From NCBI GenBank assembly GCA_951406725.2, contig OX597825.1, positions 1,736,001 to 1,800,000 of the forward strand: a stretch of DNA of 64,000 nt, in the 5' to 3' direction. Shown here one piece after another: positions 13,050-26,175 of this stretch. The translations under genes and the position numbers were made by a program. The notes beneath the pieces were generated by a model, which did not search any database, had not been told where the DNA came from, and saw nothing but the letters and a program-made list of their open reading frames with translations. Position 1 is the first letter of the stretch; each line of letters opens with the position of its first letter. Origin of the DNA: Octopus vulgaris. Its lineage: Eukaryota.

Positions 13050-13860
13050 CTACTACTTGGTCGCTGTAAATGCTAGGTATAGCAGCCAAATATCCCTCAA
13101 ATTACACTCTACAGCATTAAAGGGAGGCGACGCATTGGATAATGTTGTCATGGAAACAAGTGAAATACCTTTGATCCTAGGTCTGTTCAATCACGGTGAA
13201 CTTAGAGCTGATACATAACAACAGCAGCAACGAGAAGAACAGCCAAAATGGCAGCCTCCTCTGTGCGGTCGTTTTAGCTGCTACAAACAATAGTCAAGTC
13301 TTTCGTTACACTCTACCATCTTAAAATGAGAATGACATTGATTGATATTGTCCGAGATATACAGAAACATGAATTGGTCAAGGTTAGTCTACTTTCGGTC
13401 GTAGCTCTGATCAATCAATGCTGACCTGGCGCTGAACACTACGAAAAAACAACAACAAAAACAACGATGTCAACAACAACAGCAGCAACAACAACTTGAA
13501 GCATTATAACTGAGAATGGTAATGCGTAGTTGCATGACCTGCTGAAAGAGTAGCCAATTCTCCGTCAAATTACAACCTACTTTCTTTAAACAACGAAAAG
13601 AAATAGAATAATTAAATAAAAGAGACTTCGGATAATGTGGTGCCAGGATCCTTTTGCAAATGAAGAACTGATCGACTGAACGAGGCCGGAATGTCTTTGA
13701 ACACAGTGTTTTTCAATGAAGGCATTCTAGGACCAAATCCATAAGGAAACAATACCTGCACAACTACCACGATGACGACCACTAACACCACACCTAACAA
13801 CAACACACCAAACAGTAACAACTACAACAACATAAGCAATGAAACAGCAACAAACAAATG
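13050..13860 (+). mobile_element. Three head-to-tail family C repeats, each ending in a (CAA)n-like tail
   Basis: Units at ~13050-13235, ~13250-13495 and ~13525-13860, each with gcta..atagcagccaaat..cctcaaattacac..tac and cctttgatc..aggtctg..atca..g.tgacct.g.gct-aacaacaac. Confidence 0.78.
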
Positions 13861-14477
13861 GAGTCCTTAAATTAATTAAATTGTGTGACGCTCAGATGTT
13901 ACTTTATCGGTGTTTTTCTATGATTCTGTCTCTTCGTGTGTTCTTCTGTGGGAGAACTTGTTCTGTTCGACATGCGCGTACATACTTGTCCTATGACAGA
14001 CCTGTTTTCAACAGAACTGGAGGGTGACATTTCCTCACTAAATGCAAGGATAATCTGAGTGACGTGAGATCTTGTAGTTTGCCCTGTTACATATGCAAGA
14101 GCCAAGACCCGACAGCATATGTTTTGTAGTTTGAATGCGGATTTATTCCCTGTGGTAATTTTCTCTCAAACATATTCATGTTTTGTACGCTTAACCAGGA
14201 CATGTTAACCTATATATGATTCCAATCAATAGCGTGTGTGTCGCAGAAAAATCAACTTTATGCGTAAACTATAATTCATATCAACAATTTCGTTAATGAT
14301 AGCTCGCTTCATGTAGCAGATGGGTTCTGCATTGAAAATGAACTCTTAATCAACCAACTTGAATGCGTATACGCAACATTGTGTTACCGTGAAGAATGCA
14401 AGAATAGAAGAATGCATTTCGTTTCAAGCATGCGCACACACCGTGCCCTGCTTCACAGTGTCAATACATAATTAGAT

Positions 14478-15390
14478 ATGCATGTGTGTGTGTGTGTGTG
14501 TGTGTGTACAGACATAGCTTGATAAATATACGTAAATAAACATGTATTGAACAAATGATAATAAACATATTATACATATATGCCCATATACATATACATA
14601 GAAACACATCACACATATATATATATACATACATGTATATATGCACGCACATATAAATATATGTGTGTGCTTGTAAACACTTGTGGATACACAATACTCA
14701 TATACAAATATGAATACGCATATGTGTGTGCGCGTGTGTGTGTATGCACCTCTAATATATAAAAGTATGTGTAGACATTTGTATGTGTGTATGAGTGCTT
14801 GTACGTGTGTTCGTATATAAATATGTATTTTCATATAAATAACAATGAGACAAATATCTGTACGATGTCTACACACACATATACATATCACCCACTTACA
14901 TAAAATAGATATATTAATATATATATGTGTGTGTGTCTGTGTGTGCGTACGTGTGTGTCTGTGTTTATATATGTATGTATATATATATATACGTATACAT
15001 ATATGTATATGCGTGTATACATTACGCACGCACACAGACTCACAAGTAAATTCACACAAACACCGACACAAAAGAACACAAACACATACACACCTACATG
15101 AATATATGAGTACACACACACATGCGCACACATACATGCACATATATATACATATACATACATACACATATATATATATACATAACACACATATACACAT
15201 ATAATATACATGCGTACATACATATATAGATACCTACATAAATACATACATACTTACCTACATACATACATACGTCCATACATATATGCATACATAAATA
15301 CATACATACATGCTTACATACATACATACACACACACATACATACATACATACGTACATACATACAATCATACATACATACTTACATACA

Positions 15391-15421
<31 letters not shown>

Positions 15422-15490
15422 GCACATACATACATACATACATACATACATACATACATACATACATACATACAAACATACATTCCTATA
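14478..15490. repeat. ~1-kb degenerate (TA)/(CA)/(TG)/(CATA)n microsatellite field
   Basis: Visible; explains all ORFs at 14461-15513. Confidence 0.96.
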
Positions 15491-16061
15491 TACAATGTAG
15501 CAGCTATCAGTAAGTAAATTGTATAGCTTTCAAGAAATCAATAATAATCTTAATTTTTTTCTTGCATGGTAAATTCAGCGCGCATTACTTAGGAATTGAT
15601 ACGTTTATTGCAGCTGATTTTGATGTTACATTTGAAGAGGAATTCTTCAGTTGACTATTTATACGCAATGCAGCATTTTTATTGTCGGGCATGGAATCGT
15701 CTCCCATTCAGGTTCTGGCAGCTGACGATCCACACCGAATATACAAGAGAACCACGTTGCTTCTCTTATATTTACCTATGCCTATCTCACTGTATTTTCT
15801 ATTATTATATGCTATCCATATCATTCTCAATTGCACTCTGCCTTTGTGTATACGCACACAACACACGCACACACTCACATACACATATACACACACGCTA
15901 GATACACATATACACACACGCTAGATACACATATACGAGTGTGTGTGTGCTACATATTTATGTACATATTTGTGTACGTGTATATATGCATATGTATATG
16001 TATATATATATATATATATGTAGATGCATGTATATATCTGTATGTATATATATGTATATAT

Positions 16062-16114
<53 letters not shown>

Positions 16115-16259
16115 CATACATATGTACATATCTATGCATATTTATAAAAATATCCATATCTATGCATCTCTCATTGTTGGTTATACTTATATTTATTTAT
16201 ATGTATGCATAAATGTATTGATGTGTGTGCCTGTGCGCGCGTATATATATATATTTTTT

Positions 16260-16720
16260 TTCTTCTTCATATCGAGGCATGTATATAAGGTTTGGCTAGT
16301 CATTTCTTTACTTGTTATTGCTGTTACAGAGGGTATTTCTTGTTTCCATTTGTACCGTTGCGGTTATGAGCCAGGCATGTCCTGGCTTTGTTAGTACAGA
16401 AAGTTGTTTCTCTTTTGCATTGATGTTCACAAAAGTGTTTGAGTAAAGGTTTATGTCTATATGTCTTTTATTATATATTATGAGGATGGTTATGGTGTAG
16501 GTGGATGGAGAGAGTTGGATGGATAATTAACAAGTTTGACTGTTAGAAAAGATTATTGGTTTAAAGTGTTTTAATGTTTTTAAGATTTTGTGATTGCATG
16601 AAAAGACTAGTTCGGAGTTTCGGTTCAGGATTTGGTCTGTGCATGTTAGAATGTGGTAGGATTCAATTGTACAAAGGTCACACGGTTAGTTATAACGATG
16701 GTACGGCTGTGCGTTTGTGA
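16260..16720 (-). mobile_element. Penelope-like element remnant (GIY-YIG C-terminus plus probable 3' UTR)
   Basis: 16682-16560 reads CDLCTIESYHILTCTDQILNRNSELVFSCNHKILKTLKHFK, matching the PLE terminal motif CxLCxxExxxI..LNxRSELxxxCxH. Confidence 0.78.
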
Positions 16721-16721
16721 G

Positions 16722-17100
16722 AGCTTAAATACTGGACTTTGCATCTTTGACATTTACATTATCAAAGCAAAAGTATCAAACCCAATAAAACCAACAGCAA
16801 CAAAAATACTTTCACATCCGGGCATACCAAACATTTGAGAAACACCTACAGGCTTATTTACGAATTTCTACATACATGAATAAATTCTATACAGTAACAT
16901 AACCCCAAATTTAATCAATTAAAAGTTTAACAAAATACTCCTCCATAACAACAAACCATCAAAATTACTGCCTCGTTCAAACTCACATACACAAAGAAGA
17001 TTTTAACTCAACAGAGACTCTAAAACGGTAAGATTAACTCCAATGCATCGCAATCAGACGATGGCTTGCCGAAACTCCGAAGTCACAGTCAATAACATTC
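16722..17100 (+). mobile_element. Penelope-like element remnant (degenerate GIY-YIG) ending in a hammerhead-like motif
   Basis: LNTGLCIFDIYIIKAKVS (cf. PLNGxCLxxxVVYKAxV), later KYSSITTNHQNYCLVQ; terminal CAGACGAtGGCttGCCGAAACTCCGAAGTC. Confidence 0.6.
17055..17090 (+). ncRNA. Minimal type I hammerhead-ribozyme-like motif (core U4>A)
   Basis: C(A)GACGA-t-GGC/GCC stem II-GAAA-CT ccga AG-TC cleavage triplet, at the end of a Penelope-like remnant. Confidence 0.55.
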
Positions 17101-17449
17101 TCATTTAAGAATAATATGTGTGTGTGTGTGTGCGTGTGTGTGTGCGTGTGTGTGTGTGTGCGTGCGTGTTTTCGTGTGTTTGACATGACAAGAATTTATA
17201 ACCTTTCAAGAGAACGTGAAATGATTATTTTTTTTGTGGGTGGCTGGGGGGACCTGGTAATAGATTTGAAGCACATAAAGCAACGATAACATGTAAACAT
17301 TGGGTTGGAAATCCGTCTCAGCGAAAGTGGGTTCGCATCCAACTGGCGGACTTTGAGTTTTTCTATGCAAAAGACATTTCAACCCAATATTTACATGCTA
17401 TTATTTAAGGCCTTATTAGGAAAGATATCCACTTTCAGAAACAAAAAGG

Positions 17450-17513
17450 ATATATATATATACTTATACATACATACATATATATATATATACACGCACA
17501 TATATATATATTC

Positions 17514-17592
<79 letters not shown>

Positions 17593-17690
17593 CACATATA
17601 ATACATACAGACGTGTGTGTCTCTGTTTGCATGTATATATACGTGTCTGTATGTGTGTGTGCGAGTGTGTGCGTCCGTGTGTGTATCTTG
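17450..17690. repeat. (TA)n/(TG)n microsatellite field
   Basis: Directly visible. Confidence 0.97.
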
Positions 17691-18605
17691 CATTGCAATC
17701 TGTCAGACTTTATTATGTGTGGCTTCAATACGAAAGAACATTCAGTAACATTGACATTACAGAAATCAATGGTTCTGAACTGCATAGATGGCTGCCCACA
17801 AAACAAAGACAAATGGATTTGTTATTCTGAATGCAATACTCTGTCACGAAAAAACAAAAGTGCATTAGTAAACAATCTAAATCTCTGACAATGACTCCCT
17901 GATCTAATATTCTATACTGCAGAACGCATAAAAGAGACACAAGCTGTTCTGCTGCTAATTCTACACCTGAAACAATATTAAGGTTTGAATACTGAACTTC
18001 GTTATGCACTAATGAATAAATAAAACAAGCGACAGCCAGATACGACTGTCAAAGATCTCATTTGTTGACAATGTAGTAAAATATAATTATAACAACAGTC
18101 ATTCCTTCAGAGAAAGTTATTTGAACTTGTTTTTATCTAAAGAAATCCTGACTGCAACAACGGCTCACGTCGAACGTTTAAAGCATCGCATTGAAACACG
18201 TCCTGCAACAACAATCTTCAAATTATAATCAAATAGATTAGATGGCCTCCAACAACACGAACTTTTTCTTTACGTTCAGTTTTGTGAAGAAAAAGCGGCG
18301 CAAAGTCTATGTTATTTTTTTCTTGCCCTCCATGTTTGATAGTGTAATTCACAAAGCTTTGGTCGACCTAAACTAAGAAAAGTAGCAATGATATCAAACA
18401 CGAAACGCGTGATTTGTAGGCGAAATTCGTAACAACACAAGCTGCATCCATTACCTTATATAAAATAAACTCTACTTCAACAAGCTACAATAAGTATACA
18501 GCAAGGTACTCAGAATGAGTGCGACTTGAGAAAGGCTGTCAAACCAAATCTAACAACACATGTATACATGCCAATAAAATCATGTACAAAATCGTCACAC
18601 ATCTT

Positions 18606-18622
18606 TCTACCTACCTACCTAC

Positions 18623-18668
<46 letters not shown>

Positions 18669-18669
18669 C

Positions 18670-18722
<53 letters not shown>

Positions 18723-18750
18723 TATTATTACACACGCGCGCGCACACACA
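18606..18750. repeat. (CTAC)n-(CTAT)n tetranucleotide microsatellite
   Basis: Directly visible. Confidence 0.98.
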
Positions 18751-20242
18751 TTTTACTTGCTTCCTGCTGAGTGAAAATTTGTAATAATGGCAACAGGAGT
18801 TTGTATTTAGTCGCAGCTGCATTTTAACCCAAAGTCAGCTCTGAACATGATTCAAGGAACATTTGGCTGCAATTTCTTGAAGATCGAGCGGTCGCATACA
18901 GGCTCCCTCGCGTTCATTCGAAAGAGTGTTTGTCTAAGTGAAATATGTCGTTTACTAGCACCGAATTATTAAATTGAAATATAGGAAAGTCAAGACCACC
19001 CAACTTTAGAATATGAAATACAGCACGATATTAATAAGATATTAAAATATTGTTCAAAGTAAAAGAGAAATAAAAAATCGAAGAAAACTTATTAAATTAT
19101 AGCTTATATTCTATATACAATATCATCTCGTCTATCAACTCTTCTCTTTTATTTTATTTTTTTAGTGGTTCCAGCCTGTGGGCTGTGGCCATGCTGGGTC
19201 ATATCATATTGAAATATTGAAGTCACGTAACCGAAGTAAACAAAATAGCTGATTGTTAAACATAATTATAATATAACCAATAAAACATTAAAAACAAAAT
19301 TTATATAAATATATGTGTGTAAGTATGTATACATGTGTATATATGTGTGTGTGTGTGCGTGTGCGCGTATATATATACGTATATTATTCATAGATAAATA
19401 AATATGTATGTATATAAACTATATAAACACAAATTCTCTCGCTATATATATACACACACACGTGTGTGTGTGTGTCTAATCTGTCAGTGGTTGCAGTCGT
19501 GGGTCCTCGGCTCTAGAGTTGCAAAGTCTTCATGTGTTTATTCAATCTTACCACTCCGCCCACATTATTTCAGTTTAGTTCTTAGTTGTATCCACATGTA
19601 TTTGTCGGACCACTAAATTACAGCATCTAAATGGACATGACTTCAAAATCACGGACACACATTACACTTATACATGCACACTAACCTAACTACACTTATA
19701 TAGATGCTTGTATACTTGTATTTATGAATACAACAGGCTTCTATAAATTTTCTATATACCAAATTTCTCTCACAGCGTTTATGTTCGATATCTGGTGTTC
19801 TAGAAACAGTATATGTGGGTTTAATTCTGTACTTCGGTATTAAGAAGCATTCTTCTAAACTACGGCAACATCCTAAACTTCAAAACCATAAGAAATAAAT
19901 TGGCTGCTGAAGAACGGTGTAGTAATGTAGCGTTCAGAGATAAATAATTCGTCTGAACCCATTAATGAAATGTTTTTGCTTATTTGTTTTATGTGTGTAA
20001 AGATTGATTACTGCAACTGTTCTTAGTGGTATGTACCATTTCTAGAATGTATCAACATGGTGGTCACTGTTGGAACGCATTTGATATTAGGTATGCTCGA
20101 TCATGAATTACATGAATTCAAACAACTTTTAAAACAATTGACTGATCCGTGATAGTTAAACTGCTTTACAAAATACACACTATTACAGTAGGGTATATTT
20201 TCACACTCGCGTTGACAAAATTTAAGCCTGTCATTAAACTGG

Positions 20243-20414
20243 TTTCAAAATTTAGCAAAAAGCTCGCAATTTCAGGAAAAGGGTAAGTTAATTACATCGA
20301 CCCCAGCGCTCAACTGGTACTAATTTTATAGACGCCGGGTTATGAAACGCAAAGTCAACCACGGGAGAATTTCAACTCGAAACGTAAAGACAGATTCTGC
20401 CAGCTCACCACCTT
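20243..20414 (-). mobile_element. SINE family A
   Basis: attacatcgaccccagcgctcaactggtactaatttt..tgaaacgcaaagtcaacc..gattctgccagctcaccacctt. Confidence 0.85.
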
Positions 20415-20444
20415 TGAGCTTATCATTGTATTGACTTCTAACAA

Positions 20445-20693
20445 AAGAGCACAAGGGCGCAATCAGAAATATTTGGTGCTGATGGTGGTGGTGGTGGGGT
20501 GTTGTAGATTACAATCCATTAGATTGAGCATTGTATTTAACAGGTACTTAATTTTAACCCACCTTTCCAAAGGGAAATGAAAGGTACAGACTGTGTCAGC
20601 GAGATCTGAACTCTGGACGTAGGAGGTGCTTCAACTTAATAAACGCAAGGTAATTTCTTCGACACTCTAACGATTTTGCCATTTCACCACCTT
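20445..20693 (-). mobile_element. SINE family A, strongly degenerate
   Basis: caggtacttaatttt..atgaaagg..gatctgaactctggacgt..ctaacgattttgccatttcaccacctta. Confidence 0.65.
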
Positions 20694-21165
20694 ATCGCTT
20701 TCATTAAATGGAAAATATTAATGAAATTTTGTTTGCTTCTCTTTTTTTGTATATTTTAATATAAATTTACAGCGACTCATATTTGATAGGATAGGATATA
20801 TTCACACATATCTCGCCACACACACACATACACACACTTAAAAATGATGAGTTTATATTGATCGAAATCTTTATTATATTGACACTGTTTAATGTAAGCT
20901 GCCAATAAAAATCAAAAAGTAACGATATGAAGACAAACAAGACTTCAGTTTAGACACCACACCATCCCACTTGCGCTCTCTTTCTGCCTCCCTCTTTCTA
21001 AAGAATAATTAGTGGTTTATATTTTTGCTTTTCCTCATTTGAATATAAGTTCCACATCAAATGCATTTTAGTGTTTGTTTTTTTATTATTATTTATTTAT
21101 TTATTGTTCATGTTGGTGTTGATGTTCTTATTACTACGCGACTGGAAATGACTTTGATATCTAAT

Positions 21166-21686
21166 AGTCATTAGTTTACTTGAAACAAACCGCTAAGAAA
21201 ACTTCAGTAAGCAAACACATCCACATATATCCATATATTCATATGAATGCAAACATTAATAAATATATCAATTATAAATATATTAAACCATGCATGTACG
21301 CACACACACACATGCACACATAGGAAACACGTGCATATATACACACATGTATACTGCATATGTGTGAGCATGTACATACATATATTGCAAAAAAAACAAA
21401 CACATATATAAATGTATGTGAATGTATTTATATATACATAAATGTGTGTATGTATATATATTTATATATAAATACATTCATATACATTTATATGTGTGTT
21501 TGTATTTTTTGCACTATATGTATGTATGTACATGCTCACACACATATGCAGTGTACATGTGTGTATATATGCACGTGTTTCCTATGTGTGCATGTGTGTG
21601 TGTGTTCATATGAATATATGGATATATGTGGATGTGTTTGCTTACTGAAGTTTTCTTAGCGGTTTGTTTCAAGTAAACTAATGACT
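21166..21686. repeat. Long foldback inverted repeat
   Basis: 21166-21247 is the exact reverse complement of 21605-21686 (82/82); 21301-21436 pairs near-perfectly with ~21464-21604; 53 bp (21248-21300) are present only in the left arm. Confidence 0.97.
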
Positions 21687-21756
21687 GTCTATCTATCTCT
21701 CTCTCTCTCTTCATATATATATATATATGAAGAGAGAGAGAGATAGATAGACAGAC

Positions 21757-21791
<35 letters not shown>

Positions 21792-21792
21792 T

Positions 21793-21825
<33 letters not shown>

Positions 21826-21864
21826 AATAGACAGACAGACAGACATATTGATATATATATATAT

Positions 21865-21925
<61 letters not shown>

Positions 21926-22072
21926 CAGATATGTTCTGTTTTCGTAATATGATGAGAAACTTGTTGGGAGTGAAATGCCATTGAGGTATATAATAAGGAA
22001 TGCTATAATATATTATGGGTTGTCAAGAACATATTCATGCGATACAGACAATATGTATAATTTTATACTATT

Positions 22073-22130
<58 letters not shown>
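21687..22130. repeat. (GACA)n, (GATA)n, (TA)n and (CA)n microsatellites
   Basis: Visible at 21687-21928 and 22075-22130. Confidence 0.97.
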
Positions 22131-22134
<4 letters not shown>

Positions 22135-22679
22135 TCAGTTTGTTCTTGTGTGTATGTATATGTGTGTGTGCTTATGTGTGTGTATGTGTGTGTGTGTGTA
22201 AGTATGTACAATCTTCTATGAGTGTCGAAATTATATTTTACTAATTACTTTCTTCTGTCTAACTGCGGAATATGCTCATTAATGTTTAATGAGGATTTAG
22301 TCCCAGGGGTAATAAAGGGGGACGCGTCAGAAACCAAAAGGAATTGTAATGGAGATGTAGACGTGGAGAGAGAGCGAGTCTGATTTGCAACAGCGAACTT
22401 ATTTTGGTCTTGCTTGACTTCCTCAGCCAAGTAGAGTTTCAATCGGTCATTGTTACGATTACAGAATGAGTAATGATCTTTCTTTCTTATTTGTGAAGAA
22501 CATTCTCTGATTATGAAAATATAAAATGTTGGCATTTGTACAGTATGATTAGAACATTAAAGCAAGAGGGTTCCGGCTGGAATTACTTTGATTACAGAGC
22601 TGTTCAATGAAGGCTGACTTAGAACGAAACAATAACTCGCTGTTACTAAACAATAACTCTTATTGTTACAGTTAGAAGC

Positions 22680-22905
22680 TAAGGAGGAACGTGCCTCATG
22701 GTACTACAATCCATCATTGAATCGCCAACCAAAGACAACCTCAATAAACCAAAATTCATTCAAAACCGTACTGTGGGGTCTTAAAGAGAAGGACACATCT
22801 GGTAATATATTTCCAAATGCACTATTCTTTAAAGGTACCAACACTGCTGGAATGAATTTCGAAGTAGATATTCTTGATCATGAATTCAACAGATTTCAAC
22901 AACAG
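22680..22905 (+). mobile_element. Family C repeat, degenerate
   Basis: gcctc..cgccaaccaaagacaacctcaa..cttaaagagaaggacacat..gctggaatg..cttgatca..caacaaca. Confidence 0.55.
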
Positions 22906-23146
22906 CCTTTGATTAATCCATGATAAATAAACTACTTTACAAACGTGTGTGGCACTCATGGGCAAATGGCAGCGCGCTTGACTTCCTGAATGACATACTT
23001 AGCGAAACATTACCTCGGAATATTATTAGTCGTGCGGAGTACTTGATGAGGAGCGTAGCCTCATGTGGTCCACTTCTCGAAATAGGTTGGCAATGTTTCC
23101 AAAATACAAAATACAAATGATTATTAAAAGATAGCTTTAAACATAT

Positions 23147-24150
23147 TAGTTGTTGTTATTGTTGTATAGACCCTAGTCTCCTCTCATTCACCCTACCTGT
23201 GCTGCCATGAACTCATACTGTAATCGTTACGTGTGTGTTTACAGTATAATGTATCGCTATTTATATTATCTTGTATACACATGGCACCTTCACGTTTTAG
23301 AAAAATGTAACATTTCATTTTAAGGAAATTAGGCTTGTATTTCTATCAGATCAAGTAAACATGTTGTAGCAATCTCATTAAACTGTTATTGCATGCAGTT
23401 TAAATCTAGGTCAAACCTGATCTATTGGACCTAATCGAACGTAGGCCTTTCATCCATGATCATCCTGTTTCCAAGACTAATTTTTTTCTATTATCATGGG
23501 ACTGCTGTATATGGTGAGGGTAAATTGGCTGATATTTCTAGCCAGTCCTTTGCCCATTTGAAAAACATCAAGGTTTTGTCTTTCGTCTTCATGGAACTAG
23601 AGCAGGATTTCAGAGTGCATTGGCTTCTATTTCTAGCCATTTCATTGCTCTCATTAAGACCCGCTTGGTCTGTTGTATGCAGTTTATACCCGAATTGGCA
23701 ATGAACTTATTTCTTTACTACCCACAAGGAGCTAAACACAGAGGGGACAAGCAAGGACAGACAAACGGATTAAGTCGATTACATCGACCCCAGTGCGTAA
23801 CTGGTACTTAATTTATCGACCCCGAAAGGATGAAAGGCAAAGTCGACCTCGGCGGAGTTTGAACTCAGAACATAACAGCAGACGAAATACCGCTACGCAT
23901 TTCGCCCGGTGTGCTAACGTTTCTGCTCGCTCGCCGCCTTACGAATTGGCAATGAACTAGCAGGCCTATCAACAAACGCTTTCCATTCGTGATCATCAAG
24001 TCCTTCTGGTTCTTTTTAATGTTATGTGAATCTTTATCTCGGAAACGTATATCTAATGCACACTTATATTCATGAAAATAGTGCTTGATTTGTGTGTTGA
24101 TTGGCTGCTATTTCAACATGTAGAGCAAATGTGTCGAGGTTCTCTCTTTT
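23147..24150 (-). mobile_element. Cluster of 3-4 degenerate family C repeats, the last interrupted by a young SINE A
   Basis: Recurring ttggct(g)..atttctagc blocks at ~23335, 23525, 23620 and 24100, and ttta..c.aggtc heads at ~23165, 23400 and 23683. Confidence 0.65.
23708..23941 (-). mobile_element. SINE family A, full-length young copy, tail type 1, 17-bp TSD
   Basis: tRNA-like head (A-box-like GCAGAAACGTTAG, B box GAGTTCAAACTCC), core CCTTTCATCCTTTCGGGGTCGATAAATTAAGTACCAG, tail ..GTGGGTAGTAAAGAAATA; perfect direct repeat CGAATTGGCAATGAACT at 23691-23707 and 23942-23958. Confidence 0.97.
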
Positions 24151-24720
24151 TTACGCGGTTGCGTTAGTGGTGATGGTGGTGATGATGGTTTTAATGGAAA
24201 CATTCGATTATTTTATGCAAATACAACCTCAAACTGGTTACTAGATTTCATTCCTTCTAAACATCAACTTTTCCCAAATGTTTGTAAGGAGACCACATTG
24301 TTTAATTAGGCTCTTAATTGAATAAAAGAACAAGTAAACAGGCACCGATAATTAAATAATCTAATATACTCGCTAATCGACTTATATACATAAATAAATA
24401 TATACAAAAGTGTATTCTGTACAATTAGTCGAAACAGTAAAACAGAAATCGAAAGCCGTGCACTTGCCTTTTATTTTTATTGCCAAATAAAGAATGTTTA
24501 TCGAATAAATGACAGAATACGTCGCAAGGTAATGAAAGGAAAATATCAGTCACAAACCTATACGTACACATACGCACACAGATACACACACGCGCTCGCA
24601 CGCACACACACATACACACATGCACACACGAAAATAAACAAATGTAAAAAAATGTAAACTCGATCAATAGACATGCATCTATGGCGTTTACGCATGTATA
24701 TATACACATGTATATCTACA

Positions 24721-24777
<57 letters not shown>

Positions 24778-25631
24778 GTGTGTTTATACATATATACATG
24801 TATATACATATATGCGTGTGTATGAACGTATGTGAGTCATTGGTGTATGTGTGTAGGTGTACAACATACAAAAACTCATTCAAATCTGCGTCTGTCTCTA
24901 TTTATCTATCTACATGTGCGTATATATACATACATATATATATGTATCTATATACATATATACACACACAAACACACACATATACACACACACATAATTA
25001 CACTAGCATATACATGCATGCTAATATCTATGTATGTTTATATGCACACTCACGTTACATAGGAGCACACATAGAGATCACGTTTAAATACACGCTATGT
25101 AATAAGTTGTGAAACACGAATCGTAATTAGTAAAGGGAACCCCTGGCCCGCCTGGCCCTTTTTCTTTTTTACTTATACGTGCACACAGACTGGCTACTGT
25201 GTGCACCTCATATGTATTCAATGGACGGAGAGATAGTGAACATGAACATTTGTACTTTATTCAATACTAAGTCGCAGAAAATATGTACAGAACCTCTTAC
25301 GATATTCTCATATTGACGCTTCGGATGTGGACCACTTGTTTTTACGAGTTTCTGTTTAGGTTTAAGTATAAAATCGATGTTAACTGATGTTTCTTTTGAT
25401 CCGTACAATGAGCCTTTTCTTTTTATTTATTTTTTTCCTCAATGAAGCGTTATGCTTGTTTAGATCCGCTCAAGAAGTTCTTTTCTGATTGCAGATAATA
25501 CCCTCAAACCCATTATCCTTGTTGCTTATTTTGATTCTAATCACCTTATTTCGAAATTGTATGGATAATACCGTACTAAATTTTGGTGCCTCAACTTAAG
25601 TACCATATTCATCTGAATCTATCTATATATA

Positions 25632-25690
<59 letters not shown>

Positions 25691-26049
25691 CACGACTGCC
25701 GTAGAGACTGCACGTATCTCATCTGTCTCTCTAATCTATCCTTCCTCTTGTCAAAAAACAGTGTTCGCTGTTTTACCTTCGTGTGGTCTAACTAGCCTCC
25801 ATGTTTGTTTTCGTTCGGTTTATTTGTATGTCGCCACTGTCCTGTTTCGTTACCAACTTTGACCCTACGAGAGCAACTGTCCTTCGAAGACTCATATTGA
25901 TATTCAGTGCTCCAAATAAGGAGTAGATGGACAGGCGACAAATAATGAAGGGTCGATCTTTATGTTACTTGTCCTGTTTCCCATTTGTTTCTCTCGTTAT
26001 TTATATATTCAACTCCTTTGTTTTCGTATTTCATGTTGTTCACGGTTTG

Positions 26050-26175
26050 TGATGCGTGGTAACAAGCTTCATTGCCAACCATATGCTTCCGGGTTCAGTC
26101 CCACTGCGCGGCAACTCGAGCCGACCAAAGACTTGTGAGTGGTTTTGGTAGACGGAATCTGAAAGAGACCCGTCT
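26050..26175 (+). mobile_element. SINE family B, 5' part (internally deleted)
   Basis: gtggtaacaagct..ccaaccatatg..ccgggttcagtcccactgcg..gccgaccaaag.cttgtgagtgg.tttggtagacgga matches the reverse complement of 50555-50690. Confidence 0.85.

Noticed and set aside
17700-17890. Cys-rich frames on both strands ([20 protein letters not shown]; [11 protein letters not shown])
   Set aside because: No coherent splice donor or recognisable domain, and several frames are equally plausible.
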